DNA of 64,000 nt from Tepidisphaera sp. Its GTDB lineage: Bacteria > Planctomycetota > Phycisphaerae > Phycisphaerales > UBA1924. The stretch spans positions 3,360,001 through 3,424,000 of the forward strand of contig CP051526.1 of NCBI GenBank assembly GCA_050916045.1. Direction: 5' to 3'. The position numbers and the translations under genes are program-made. The notes under the pieces were generated by a model, which was not told where the DNA came from, made no database searches, and saw only the letters and a list, made by a program, of their open reading frames with translations. The number at the start of each line of letters is the position of its first letter. The first letter of the stretch is position 1. Positions 1 to 10,016 of the stretch are shown here, one piece after another.

Positions 1-3000
1 GGCGGCGGCTACATCGGCTCCTGGCTTTCCGCGTGGCTCTACAACGCCGACCACGACATCGACTCGGTCCAGGAACAGCTCTCGGTGGTCACGCGCAAGC
101 ACAAAGACCCCGTCAACCCCGAACCCGGCCCGGTCAAGATGCTTCGCCGCTACAGCCGGTTCCTCAGCCCGCGTGCCGGCCTCCTCTCCGCCGACACCTG
201 GACCCTCTTTGCGATCTACCTCCGCAACCTGCTCCTCACCTGGTCCGTCTTCCTCCCGCTCTTGGCCGCAGGGGTCATGGTCGTCAAGGTCATGGCCTCG
301 GGCCTCAGCCTGCTCCATGCAGCCGCTCGCAAAGACGACAGTGGCAACGAGTGGACCAGAGCGATCCTCGCCGCCGTCGTCTTCCTCCTCGGCTCGGCAC
401 TGGGCATGGCGCTCTTCACACAGACAAGCCTCGCGACACGCCTCTCCGAAGTCTCCGCCAAGGGCCTCCGCCCCGTCCGCAACGTGACCTTCGTGCTCTG
501 GTGGCTGGCCCCCGTCATGCTCGGATGCGTCGCCCTCGCCGGCGTGCCCGCGGTCCCGCCGCTCGAGGGCCGCTCCGCATGGGACGCCGTGATCGGGCTC
601 ATCGCCGGCATGGCGATGCTCATCCTCTTTGCCATCCGACTCATGGTTCAGCGACGCATCTCCGAGCGCGAGCACACCCCCGCGACGCCGCGGCCGCGCT
701 CGGATGAGCCCGCGGTCCCCGCATCCACGATCAAGCGGGTGTGGCGCTGGCTCAACGAACCCTTCAACACGTTCGTGTTCCTGGTGGTCATCGTCACAAT
801 CGGAGGCCCCACGCTCTTCCTCCCCGCGTGGTCTCTCTTCGAGTCCGGCCAGGTCTCGTTCCTCATCCAGCACCTTGCGTTCGGAGCCTACCTCGGCGTC
901 CTGGGCATCCTCCCCGCGATGCCGCTCTTCGAAACCTGGCGCCGCCGCGGTCTCCACCTCCTCGCGGCCTTCTGCGGAGGAGCAACCTCAGGTCTGGTCC
1001 TCTGGCTCGGACGCCTCGCCCTGCTCGCCGCCAAACCGAGCCCCGCCGCCGCCGACTCCCTCGACCTCACGCACGAGCTCTGGATCGCCCAACTCGCCAC
1101 CTTCGGCCCGCCCCTCGCCGCCCTCTCGATCGCCACCGGCGCCGTCGTCTACGTCGGGTTCATCAGCCGAAGCATCATGGCCTGGGACGCCGACCGCGAA
1201 TGGTGGGCCCGCGCCGGCGCTCTCATTCTCCGCTTCGCCGTCGCGTGGATGGTCGTCTTCGGCGTCGTGATCTTCGGCCCGCCCGCGCTCGTCTGGGCCT
1301 ACGGCGCAAGCAAGGAAGCCATCGTCGGCCTCGGCGGCCTCACCGGCCTGGCCACCATCCTGCTCGGCGCATCCGGCTCCACGCCCGCCGCTTCGGATTC
1401 TGGCTCCCGAGAACGGGCAAACCCCATCACATCCGTCGCGCTCCGTCTCGCCGCTCCGATCTTCATCCTCCTCTTCTTCGCTTTCCTCTCCTTCGTCCTC
1501 GGCCGCACGATCATCGCCATGGCCGGCATCGACCCCTCGACGTGGCATATCCCCGACGCAGCCTGGCTCTCCAAGCTCGCCCCCGAGATCACGTCCACCT
1601 CGTACCAGGCCTTCGGCGCAAGCTTGCTTCTCGTCGTTCTGCTCGCCGTCGCCTTCGTGATCCCCTCCGTCTTCGTCAACCTGACGAAGTTCTCCCTCCA
1701 CGGCATGTACCGCGACCGCCTCATCCGCGCCTTCCTCGGCGCGAGCGCCCCCAAGCCCGACCGCGACGCTTTCACCGACTTCGACGACCGCGACAACATC
1801 TTCCTCGGCAAGATCCGCGTGGGCGCCCTCCGCGTTCGTGACCTCGCGACCACCGCCGATCGCAAGCACTACCCGCTCATCCTCGCCCTCTGCGCCACTT
1901 CGCCGACGATCCTTCCCGACGCGACGCCACGCGACAAGCTCCTCTCCATCCTGCGTCGGTGGGTCGAAGGTGTCGGCCAGCCCACGCCCGCTGTTCCCCA
2001 CGTCTCCGGCGTCTTCCCACGCCTGCGACTGTGGGTTCACGCTCTCGAAGCCTCCGCCTTCCGCCGCAAACCGATCAAGCTCACCGCCTCCGGCGTCGGC
2101 GTCATCGCCCGTGACGTCGTCGAACGACTGAACGACCTTCTCTGCACCACCGTGCTCGACGATGACTTCCTCGCCAACCCGACCGCCCACTTCGAGCCGC
2201 AGCGAATCTCCCCGACCCAGATCGTCCGCAACCGCCGCTGGCTCCAAACCCACCTTGGCGGCCTTCTCGCCAACCTCCCCGAGAACGCCCGCACCGACCA
2301 ACGCCCCTTCCACATCGTCAACGTCGCCCTCAACATCGTGGCAGGCAGCAACAACGCCTGGCAGGACCGCAAAGCCGCATCCCTTACTTTCTCCCCCTAC
2401 CACGCCGGCACCTCCCACCTCGGCTACCGCGACACCCGCCTCTACGGCGGTGCCCGCGGCGTCAGCCTCGGAAGCGCCATGACGCTCTCCGGTGCCGCCG
2501 TCAGCCCCAACCAGGGCTACCACTCCTCCCCGCCCATCGCGTTCCTGCTGGCGCTCTTCAACGTCCGACTCGGTGCCTGGCTCGGCAACCCCGGCCCGCG
2601 CGGCGAACGCACCCACAAGCTCAACGCCCCCCGCTTCATCGGCTCCTTCTTCCCCCTCAAGGAAGCTCTCGGCTTCACCAACGACGACGACCAGTTCATC
2701 TACCTCTCCGACGGCGGCCACTTCGACAACCTCGGCCTCTACGAGATGGTCCAGCGCCGCTGCCACTCCATCGTCGTCGTCGACGCCGGAGCCGACCCCA
2801 ATGGCGAACTCTTCGACCTCGGAAACGCCATCCGCAAGATCCGCATCGATCTCGGCATCCCCATCGACCTCGACGATTTCGACCTTCACCCCAAACGCCC
2901 CGAGCCCGACTGCCCGGCGCCCCACCCAGGCTCCAGTTGCGGCCTGGGCACCATCCGGTACGACGTCGTCGACGGCCCCCAAGCCCCGCGCGGACGCCTG

Positions 3001-3321
3001 CTCTACATCAAGCCCTGCATCTACTGGAAAGAGCCCGCCGACGTCCTCAACTACGCACGCTCCTCCAAGGACTTCCCCCACGAAACCACCACCGACCAGT
3101 GGTTCAGCGAACCTCAGTTCGAAAGCTACCGCCAGCTCGGCTGGCACATCATGAAGACCATCTCCTCCGGCGGCGACTGCAAGAACATCCACGAACTCAT
3201 CGACCGCGCTCAGGCCTACCTCGATCGCTACCACGCCGACCACAACACCAGCGAATCTTGGGAAAGCACCCTGGCAGCCATGGAGGCTGGCGGTCACTTC
3301 GCCAAACGCCCGCCCAGATGA
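1..3321 (+). CDS. Patatin/cPLA2-like phospholipase with a large multi-TM insertion (5' truncated by the window)
   Basis: Frame is open from base 1 (GGGYIGSWLSAW, the tail of an SGGGY nucleophile motif). About 12 hydrophobic segments follow, then a C-terminal SGAAVSPN, LSDGGHFDNLG and FPHETTTDQWF block. Confidence 0.8.
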   Translation, partial: GGGYIGSWLSAWLYNADHDIDSVQEQLSVVTRKHKDPVNPEPGPVKMLRRYSRFLSPRAGLLSADTWTLFAIYLRNLLLTWSVFLPLLAAGVMVVKVMASGLSLLHAAARKDDSGNEWTRAILAAVVFLLGSALGMALFTQTSLATRLSEVSAKGLRPVRNVTFVLWWLAPVMLGCVALAGVPAVPPLEGRSAWDAVIGLIAGMAMLILFAIRLMVQRRISEREHTPATPRPRSDEPAVPASTIKRVWRWLNEPFNTFVFLVVIVTIGGPTLFLPAWSLFESGQVSFLIQHLAFGAYLGVLGILPAMPLFETWRRRGLHLLAAFCGGATSGLVLWLGRLALLAAKPSPAAADSLDLTHELWIAQLATFGPPLAALSIATGAVVYVGFISRSIMAWDADREWWARAGALILRFAVAWMVVFGVVIFGPPALVWAYGASKEAIVGLGGLTGLATILLGASGSTPAASDSGSRERANPITSVALRLAAPIFILLFFAFLSFVLGRTIIAMAGIDPSTWHIPDAAWLSKLAPEITSTSYQAFGASLLLVVLLAVAFVIPSVFVNLTKFSLHGMYRDRLIRAFLGASAPKPDRDAFTDFDDRDNIFLGKIRVGALRVRDLATTADRKHYPLILALCATSPTILPDATPRDKLLSILRRWVEGVGQPTPAVPHVSGVFPRLRLWVHALEASAFRRKPIKLTASGVGVIARDVVERLNDLLCTTVLDDDFLANPTAHFEPQRISPTQIVRNRRWLQTHLGGLLANLPENARTDQRPFHIVNVALNIVAGSNNAWQDRKAASLTFSPYHAGTSHLGYRDTRLYGGARGVSLGSAMTLSGAAVSPNQGYHSSPPIAFLLALFNVRLGAWLGNPGPRGERTHKLNAPRFIGSFFPLKEALGFTNDDDQFIYLSDGGHFDNLGLYEMVQRRCHSIVVVDAGADPNGELFDLGNAIRKIRIDLGIPIDLDDFDLHPKRPEPDCPAPHPGSSCGLGTIRYDVVDGPQAPRGRLLYIKPCIYWKEPADVLNYARSSKDFPHETTTDQWFSEPQFESYRQLGWHIMKTISSGGDCKNIHELIDRAQAYLDRYHADHNTSESWESTLAAMEAGGHFAKRPPR

Positions 3322-3544
3322 GGCCCTCGCCCCCCCACCTCCCCACCTCCAACCCCGCCTTCCTCCCCGCGCCGATCGAAAGGCCGCTCCGAGGTCCGAA
3401 AACGTCCCGCGTGCAATGACGCGGTTTCGCCACACGCCCCCCTCGCATTTTGATCCCGCCGCCCCGTTCGTCCGATGGGATGTCTGTCGGCATCACGCTT
3501 TGTCGCGCGATGGCCGACAGGCTCTTCTCCCAAGGAGCGTTCGC

Positions 3545-3790
3545 GTGGCTTCCAAACCCAATCCCAGCCCCCGCCCTTCCATCAACCCCGACCGCCTCTG
3601 CGATGCGTCGGTCGTCTGCCTCAAAGCGGCCGCGGAAGCCAGCGAACTCACGGGCGACACCTTCCCCTTCCCTCTCGACCTCTGGGACACCGATCTGGGC
3701 GAACGCCACTACCGCGGCTTCCTCAAGATCGAGATCGCGGAAGCCTCCCGCTTCCTCGTCCGTCTCGGCTACATCGCCAAAGCCGCCTGA
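3545..3790 (+). CDS. Small hypothetical protein
   Basis: AAGGAG precedes the GTG at 3545. Codon usage resembles neighbours and the C-terminus looks globular (EIAEASRFLVRLGYI). Confidence 0.55.
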   Translation: MASKPNPSPRPSINPDRLCDASVVCLKAAAEASELTGDTFPFPLDLWDTDLGERHYRGFLKIEIAEASRFLVRLGYIAKAA

Positions 3791-3793
3791 TCG

Positions 3794-4048
3794 CTATCGC
3801 TTGGACTTGCTCTTCGCGATCGCGTTCGCGACCGCCAAAAGCACCAGCGCCCCGATCGTCGCGGTGATGATCTTGGCAAGCAGCGACTTGGCGTCAAACC
3901 CGAGCACGCCCACGAGGAAGTGCCCGATCACGCTCCCCACCACGCCGATCACCATGTTGCCGATCACGCCGTACCCGCCCCCGCCGCGGATCAGCCCCGC
4001 GAGCCACCCGGCGATCAGCCCGATCAACAGCGCGTAAACCAGGTCCAT
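3794..4048 (-). CDS. GlsB/YeaQ/YmgE (transglycosylase-associated) membrane protein
   Basis: LLIGLIAGWLAGLIRGGGGYGVIGNMVIGVVGSVIG signature, GGGAGG RBS. Confidence 0.9.
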   Translation of the reverse strand: MDLVYALLIGLIAGWLAGLIRGGGGYGVIGNMVIGVVGSVIGHFLVGVLGFDAKSLLAKIITATIGALVLLAVANAIAKSKSKR

Positions 4049-4110
4049 CAAGCCTCCCTGCTTCCAAAGCCGTCGCACGAATCCGACACGCTTGCGGCTA
4101 TCCTGTCCGC

Positions 4111-5187
4111 ATGCTCCGCCGGACGTGCTCCATCATTCTTGGCTCCCTCCTCGCGCTGGGTCTTCCCGCCTGCTCCGGCTCGCCGCGTCTTGGCGACCGC
4201 CTCGAGCGCCGCGGAGACGAGATCGTGATCGCCGGCCAGTACTTCCACACCGGCGCCCCCGTCATCCTCTGGACCGATCCCGGCGGCTACGACGCTTACC
4301 GCGTCGAACGTCGCTTCGCTGAGTTCAGCCAGTCCGACTGGGACACGACGCTCAAGGAATGGCAAGCCAGGAACGATGGTCGCGTCCTCACCCCCAACCG
4401 CTACGGCCTCCGCAACGTCGGCCTCTCCGACGAAGAGCGCGAAGCCGTCCGTGGCGGCGGCTGGTCCCTCGCCCAGCTCCAGGAACACCTCGACCAGTTC
4501 GTCCTCCACTACGACGTCTGCGGCACCTCCAAGCAGTGCTTCAACATCCTGCACGACCATCGCGGCCTGTCCATCCACTTCATGATCGACGTCGACGGCA
4601 CGATCTACCAGACCCTCGACCTCAAGGAACGTGCCCGCCACGCCACCATCGCCAACGACCGCTCCGTCGGCGTCGAGATCGCCAACATGGGCGCGTACAC
4701 CGCCGAGCAGGCAAGCACGCTCGACGCGTGGTACGCGAAGGACGCCGCCGGCCAGACCTTCCTCACGTTCCCGCCCCGCTTCGGCGATGGCGGCCTGCGC
4801 GTCAAAGGCCTCACGCTCCGCCCCGCTCGCAACGAGCCCATCACCGGCGAGGTCCAGGGCTTGACCCTCACGATGTACGACCTCACTCCCCAGCAGTACG
4901 CAAGCCTCGCCCGCCTCTCGGCGACCCTCTGCACCGTCCTGCCAAAGATCACGCCCGACTACCCGCGAAACCCGGATGGCTCGCTCATCACCAAGGTCCT
5001 GCCGGAAGCCGAGTTCAAAGCGTGCTCAGGCATCCTGGGCCACTACCACATCCAAGCCAACAAGCAGGACCCGGGACCGGCTCTCAACTGGGACTGGCTC
5101 ATGGACGAAACCAAGCGGCTGATGCGCGAGCGCCCCGAAGCCCTCGAAACCGACGCTCCCGATGTTCCCGACCGTTCGCCCGACTAA
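4111..5187 (+). CDS. N-acetylmuramoyl-L-alanine amidase (Amidase_2), probable lipoprotein
   Basis: FVLHYD, SIHFMIDVDGTIYQ, ARHA..AN.RSVGVEI, ILGHYH..KQDPG motifs. LPAC lipobox-like N-terminus. Confidence 0.85.
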   Translation: MLRRTCSIILGSLLALGLPACSGSPRLGDRLERRGDEIVIAGQYFHTGAPVILWTDPGGYDAYRVERRFAEFSQSDWDTTLKEWQARNDGRVLTPNRYGLRNVGLSDEEREAVRGGGWSLAQLQEHLDQFVLHYDVCGTSKQCFNILHDHRGLSIHFMIDVDGTIYQTLDLKERARHATIANDRSVGVEIANMGAYTAEQASTLDAWYAKDAAGQTFLTFPPRFGDGGLRVKGLTLRPARNEPITGEVQGLTLTMYDLTPQQYASLARLSATLCTVLPKITPDYPRNPDGSLITKVLPEAEFKACSGILGHYHIQANKQDPGPALNWDWLMDETKRLMRERPEALETDAPDVPDRSPD

Positions 5188-6416
5188 AAGTCACGACCCG
5201 CGAGGCCGTGGCGCGTCGATAGCACGGGAAACGGCACCGCGCCATAGGGGCGATTCACGGGACCGTCCCCGGCCGGGCTCGCGAGATCAACCGTGCCGGC
5301 GGAACCATCCCCTCGCCCGGCGGTGTAGAGCTTGCGTCCCTCCTGGCCGGCCGTCACGAGATGATCCCCGCTGCTCACATCGAAGGTCAGACCCTTCGCC
5401 GAGGGGAACCTCACATCCCCGAGCAGCGAGCCGCGTATCAGCGTGTCATCGACCGGCGCATCATCCGGCCCCCAATACTGCGAGTAGGCGGAACACCCGT
5501 GAGCCAGATGAAAGCTCGACGTGAAGACGCTCTCCGGATATCCGCTGATCTGGTCCGATTCGCGATTGCCCGCGGACGTGACCGACTTCCGACTCGAGAG
5601 ATACGTCGGATGAAGCAGCGAAATCCAGACCTTCATGTTCGCGCGAAAGAACGGCAGACTCCCTTCCTCGTTCGACAGCAGGTCGTATCCGTTGACCATG
5701 AGCGGGCCGGTCGGGTTCCCCACGGTGCCGATGAAGGGGAAGAAGTCCTTCGCGTCCGCCCCGTACGCGCCCAGCCCGACCGCGAGTTGCTGATGCGTCG
5801 AGAAGCTCGCCGTGACCCGCCCCTGCTTGCGCGCTTTCGAAAGCGCTGGAAGCGCCAAAGCGACGAGAATCGCGATGATGGCAATCACCACGAGCGTCTC
5901 GATCAGCGTGAAACCGGTTCGCGGTGCCCCCCCCACGACACGGAGGGGCCCAGCCGAAGGGGTCGCGAATGTACGGTCGCGACTTGGCAGCAACAGCCAG
6001 ATGTTGACCGTCAAGAGCGCGGCGTTTCTGACGAGGCCGACGGATACGTCCTCATTGGGGCCCATCGCGGATTTCGCGAATCCGAAACACCCGCAAGACA
6101 CACCGGACGGGCTGACCTTCAAAACAATGAGCGCCACAGTGAACACGAGCATCGTGATGAGCGTCGCACAAAGAGCGGGACGTAAAGCTATTCGCAACAG
6201 CAGTGCTGCGCCAAGCCATGCTTCCCAGATGACCATCGCGAACGAACACATGCTCGCCCACCCGCGACCGAACCCGACCAGATGCTCCACCACCAACGCG
6301 AACTGGGAGAGCGTGATCGCCTTGGTGAAGGCTGCCAGCAACATCACTGCACCAAGCATCGCCACCAAAGCCAGCCGCAGCGGGTCTTTATGTCCTCTTG
6401 CTGCGCCGATGTCCAT
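5184..6416 (-). CDS. Fusion of a MauE/DoxX-like membrane domain and a prepilin-type (pseudopilin-like) protein
   Basis: N-terminal 4-TM domain with CGCFG and LVRNAALL. Internal [30 protein letters not shown]-terminal DGS motif. Confidence 0.8.
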   Translation of the reverse strand: MDIGAARGHKDPLRLALVAMLGAVMLLAAFTKAITLSQFALVVEHLVGFGRGWASMCSFAMVIWEAWLGAALLLRIALRPALCATLITMLVFTVALIVLKVSPSGVSCGCFGFAKSAMGPNEDVSVGLVRNAALLTVNIWLLLPSRDRTFATPSAGPLRVVGGAPRTGFTLIETLVVIAIIAILVALALPALSKARKQGRVTASFSTHQQLAVGLGAYGADAKDFFPFIGTVGNPTGPLMVNGYDLLSNEEGSLPFFRANMKVWISLLHPTYLSSRKSVTSAGNRESDQISGYPESVFTSSFHLAHGCSAYSQYWGPDDAPVDDTLIRGSLLGDVRFPSAKGLTFDVSSGDHLVTAGQEGRKLYTAGRGDGSAGTVDLASPAGDGPVNRPYGAVPFPVLSTRHGLAGRDF

Positions 6417-6734
6417 CTCAATACTCCAATGCCGTTACGCGTGACATGTCCGCGTTGTAGTCGCATATGCTGTCGAGCATCCATCGCTTGGAGAGAGTAT
6501 CCCAGTAAAGGAAGTGAACCCGCGGTCCTCGTGAGCCGTCTCCGAACTCGCAGACCACACCAACCTCCGCCTAGGTCACCGCCATGCGAAACCAAGATCA
6601 CATCTACTTCGCATGATGAATCTCCTTAGCTGAGACTAGGGGGGGTGGGGGCGGATCAAGCACGCTTTCTCGAAAGGCTAACCACGATGTGGCATGATTT
6701 TGTGCCGCCCGAGGGGTCCCTCACCGATCAAAGT

Positions 6735-8996
6735 TCACACGACCACCGCTCGGCGCACCTCCTCAAGCTTCCGTGCGATCCATCCGTACGCCACCGCGAC
6801 GCCGAGCATCAGCACGCCGACCGCGAGGAAGCTCACCGCTCGCCAGAGCAGCGACACGCCCATCAGGTCGATCACGAGCACCTTCGCCGCGACCACCCCA
6901 AGCAACGCCAGGCCCGCCAGACGCGCCGGCTTGTACCCGCGAACGAACCCGAACGCGACCGCGAGCGTGCCGTAGACGGCCCACCACACCGAGAGCGTCG
7001 CGCGATGCGCCGTCGGATCCGCGAACACACGCGTCGCCATCCGGTGCGACTCGTACGACATCGGCACGAACGTCAGGATCACGAACGAACCCATCGCCAG
7101 CGCGGTCACCACGTCGATCCAAGGGTGTCGAGGCGCCCGCGAACGCAGACGCCCCGCCACCGCCAATCCCAGAACCCCCACCACGATCGAAGCCACCGTC
7201 GTCCCCATCACCACCGTGTCCCCGTTCAGGTCGCGGTGAATCGCCGACGGACCGGACCCGAAGACCACCGTCAGTGCACCAAACCACACCGCGCCCGCCG
7301 CCCACGCCGCGCCCGACCCCGGCCTCAAGAAATCCCACGCGAGGAAGCACGCCGCGAGGACCGCCCACACCGTCGCGATGCTCGCGCCCTGCGCGTTAAG
7401 GTTGACGAACGCGCCGAGTATCGTGAGCAGACCCGCCGCCATCGCAAAGGACGGAGCCACCTGACCCACCCGGATCCGGCCCGCACGATCCGCCCACTCA
7501 AGCACCACGCCGAACGACACCCACGCGATCCCGTTCACCACCGCCAGAATCGTCCAACGCGAAAGCACAAGACCAAGCCACGTCACTCGATGCGAGACTA
7601 ACTCCGGATCCGACACGTCCGCGATCAGAAGCCGGCCCGTGCAGATCAGCATCACCACCGCCGCATACACCGCAAGCGGCAACGACCGCATCCACACCGC
7701 CGCGAACACCGCGGCGACCCCCGCCGCAAGCCACACCGTCGACTCGGCCCACCCCGAGAGCGCGAGCGTCATCGCCGCCATCAGCAGCGCGCCACCCTGA
7801 GCCGTCAGGCCCGCGCCCAGCCGCTCACCGATCGTCCGCGGCGTCTCGCGAAGCACCCGTACGCCCGACGCAAGCACGAACCCCGCCACCCCCGTCAAGC
7901 CCGCCGCCGCCGCCGGCGCCACCCACCGCCCCACACCCACATCGTCCAGAAGCGTCAGCGCCAGCCCCACGCTCCAGATCGTCGTCGACAAGCTCGAAGC
8001 CACCGGACGCCACGTATCCCAGCCGTCCAAACGCTCACCCACCGCCGCCGGCTTCTGCCGGCCCGAGTCCAGCGCCTTGCTCGTCCAGATCAACTCCGCG
8101 TGCACCGCGATCCACACGAACGCGAGAAACGCAAGCCCCGGGATCGACATCCCGCTCGACTCCACGCCGCCCGTCCCGCCATATCGCAGCACCCACCACG
8201 CTCCGAGCGCCAGCGTGAACCACCAAGACATCGCCCGCGCCACCGCGAACGCCCCTCCCATCCACGCCGAAAGCAGCAGACCCGTCGCCAGCAGCATCCC
8301 GAGATAGAGAGGCGTGATCATCGGGTTCGTCTGATCGCCCGAAAGCAGGATCGGCGACAGATACCCGCCCAAGAGCGCCACGATCGCCACGGCCGCCAAT
8401 CGCGTCCGCGCCGAAATGACGACGCCCGCCGCGGTGCACAGGCCGAGAAGTGCAGCCGCGGCGGGCGCGTCGACGACCTGATACACCCCAAAGAGCGCGT
8501 ACGCCGCCGCGAAGAGCCCGCCCAGGCCCGCCGCGTTCAGCCCGACCAGCGCCCACGCGTTCACACGCTTCCGCAGCGCCTCCGCGATGACGAGAATGCC
8601 AGTTGCAATCGCCGCTCCCACCCCGCACTTCATGGCGGGCGACAAACCGCCGAACCACCCCTCCGCCATCGCAAGCCGAACCAAAAGCCCGATGCCCACG
8701 ACGAAGATCAACGCTCCCGCGATCGCGAACCACTTGCCACCCACGATCGATTCAAGATCAATCGCCTCCGCCGAATTTTCAGCGCTCGTCGGCGCGGTCT
8801 CCGCCGGCACCTCCGCGGAAACGTCGGCCTCTGCAGCGGCGGCGTGCAAGCTCCTCCACGCCGCGGCTTGCCTGTCGCGCACCGCGCGCCTGGACGGCTC
8901 GCCAGATGACGTGCCGTCAGAGGCAGGGACAGACGCGGGACCGGGAGCGGGAACGGGACCGGACGCGGGATCGGGTTGAAGCGGGGACTCGGCCAA
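6735..8996 (-). CDS. DUF2339-like multi-pass membrane protein
   Basis: LESIVGGKWFAIAG N-terminal motif, many TMs, C-terminal KVLVIDL...RAVSFLAVG. AGGAGG precedes the TTG start. Confidence 0.8.
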   Translation of the reverse strand: MAESPLQPDPASGPVPAPGPASVPASDGTSSGEPSRRAVRDRQAAAWRSLHAAAAEADVSAEVPAETAPTSAENSAEAIDLESIVGGKWFAIAGALIFVVGIGLLVRLAMAEGWFGGLSPAMKCGVGAAIATGILVIAEALRKRVNAWALVGLNAAGLGGLFAAAYALFGVYQVVDAPAAAALLGLCTAAGVVISARTRLAAVAIVALLGGYLSPILLSGDQTNPMITPLYLGMLLATGLLLSAWMGGAFAVARAMSWWFTLALGAWWVLRYGGTGGVESSGMSIPGLAFLAFVWIAVHAELIWTSKALDSGRQKPAAVGERLDGWDTWRPVASSLSTTIWSVGLALTLLDDVGVGRWVAPAAAAGLTGVAGFVLASGVRVLRETPRTIGERLGAGLTAQGGALLMAAMTLALSGWAESTVWLAAGVAAVFAAVWMRSLPLAVYAAVVMLICTGRLLIADVSDPELVSHRVTWLGLVLSRWTILAVVNGIAWVSFGVVLEWADRAGRIRVGQVAPSFAMAAGLLTILGAFVNLNAQGASIATVWAVLAACFLAWDFLRPGSGAAWAAGAVWFGALTVVFGSGPSAIHRDLNGDTVVMGTTVASIVVGVLGLAVAGRLRSRAPRHPWIDVVTALAMGSFVILTFVPMSYESHRMATRVFADPTAHRATLSVWWAVYGTLAVAFGFVRGYKPARLAGLALLGVVAAKVLVIDLMGVSLLWRAVSFLAVGVLMLGVAVAYGWIARKLEEVRRAVVV

Positions 8997-9001
8997 GAGA
9001 T

Positions 9002-9056
9002 CCTCCTTTGTTTGCGAACACTAGTTTAGTATTCACTAACAATGAGGCTGTGTCAA
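9002..9056 (-). promoter_or_regulatory. Sigma70-type promoter with overlapping inverted-repeat operator
   Basis: Minus strand reads TTGACA-N17-AATACT. TTAGT-N4-ACTAA inverted repeat at 9026-9039, RBS AGGAGG at 9002-9007. Confidence 0.6.
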
Positions 9057-9111
9057 GTCCTTTTCGTCCAAGCCGATATGTTTGGGTATTGTCAGGTGAT
9101 CGCCGACGCCG

Positions 9112-10005
9112 CTACGCCCCCGCCGGGTGCCACATCGTCTTCATATCCACGAGCGGCTCGATCCACCACGGGTGCTCGCACGCTTCCACATCCGCGAAGT
9201 CGACCGTGTGGATCGACACCCGCTTGAGATTCTCCGCCACACCCTTCCGCAGGATCGCCGCGTCCTCCGCCGGCAGGTTCGCCGCGATCACGCCGTCGAT
9301 ATCCCGATGCGAAGCCACAAACGGCAGCAGTTCCGCCCGCTCACCCGTCAGTACGTTCACCACGCCCCCCGGCACATCCCCCGTCGCGCACGCTTCCGCG
9401 AACACCGCCGCCGGGATCGGATTCGTCACGCTCGGAATGACGATCGCCGCGTTCCCCGACACGATCGCCGGTGCCACCAGCGACACAAGCCCGAGCAGCG
9501 GCGCCTCATCCGGACACACCGCGACCACGACCCCCATCGCCTCGGGCACCGTGAAGTTGTAGAAGGGCCCCGCCACCGGGTTGTTGCACCCGAGCACCTG
9601 CGCGAACTTGTCCGCCCAGCCCGCAAAGTGCACCAGCCGGTCCACCGCGAGCGTCACTTCCTCTTCCGCTTTCAACACCCGGGCCCGCTTGCCCTTGGCG
9701 GCCGCTTTCTTTCCACCCGCTTTCACCGCGTCGATCGCATCCGCAAGCTCGCGCCGCTTCCCCTCCACCATCTCCGCGATCCGGTACAGGATCTGCCCGC
9801 GCAGATACGCCGTCGCCGAAGCCCACCCCGCGTGCGCCTTCCGAGCCGCTTCGACGGCATCACGCAGGTCCTTCCGCGACGCTTTGCACAGGTGCACATC
9901 ACCGGAAGCAGTCGCGACCTCCATCGTCCGCCCGCTCTCGGTCCGCGGAAACTTCCCGTCGATGTAAAGCTTGTACGTCTTCAGCACGTCGATTCGCTCA
10001 GCCAT
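9112..10005 (-). CDS. Short aldehyde dehydrogenase-family protein (NAD-binding part only)
   Basis: KTYKLYIDGKFPRTESGR start, AGWADK, PGGVVNVLTG. The catalytic domain with the Cys is absent. Confidence 0.85.
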   Translation of the reverse strand: MAERIDVLKTYKLYIDGKFPRTESGRTMEVATASGDVHLCKASRKDLRDAVEAARKAHAGWASATAYLRGQILYRIAEMVEGKRRELADAIDAVKAGGKKAAAKGKRARVLKAEEEVTLAVDRLVHFAGWADKFAQVLGCNNPVAGPFYNFTVPEAMGVVVAVCPDEAPLLGLVSLVAPAIVSGNAAIVIPSVTNPIPAAVFAEACATGDVPGGVVNVLTGERAELLPFVASHRDIDGVIAANLPAEDAAILRKGVAENLKRVSIHTVDFADVEACEHPWWIEPLVDMKTMWHPAGA

Positions 10006-10016
10006 CGCTCACTCCT

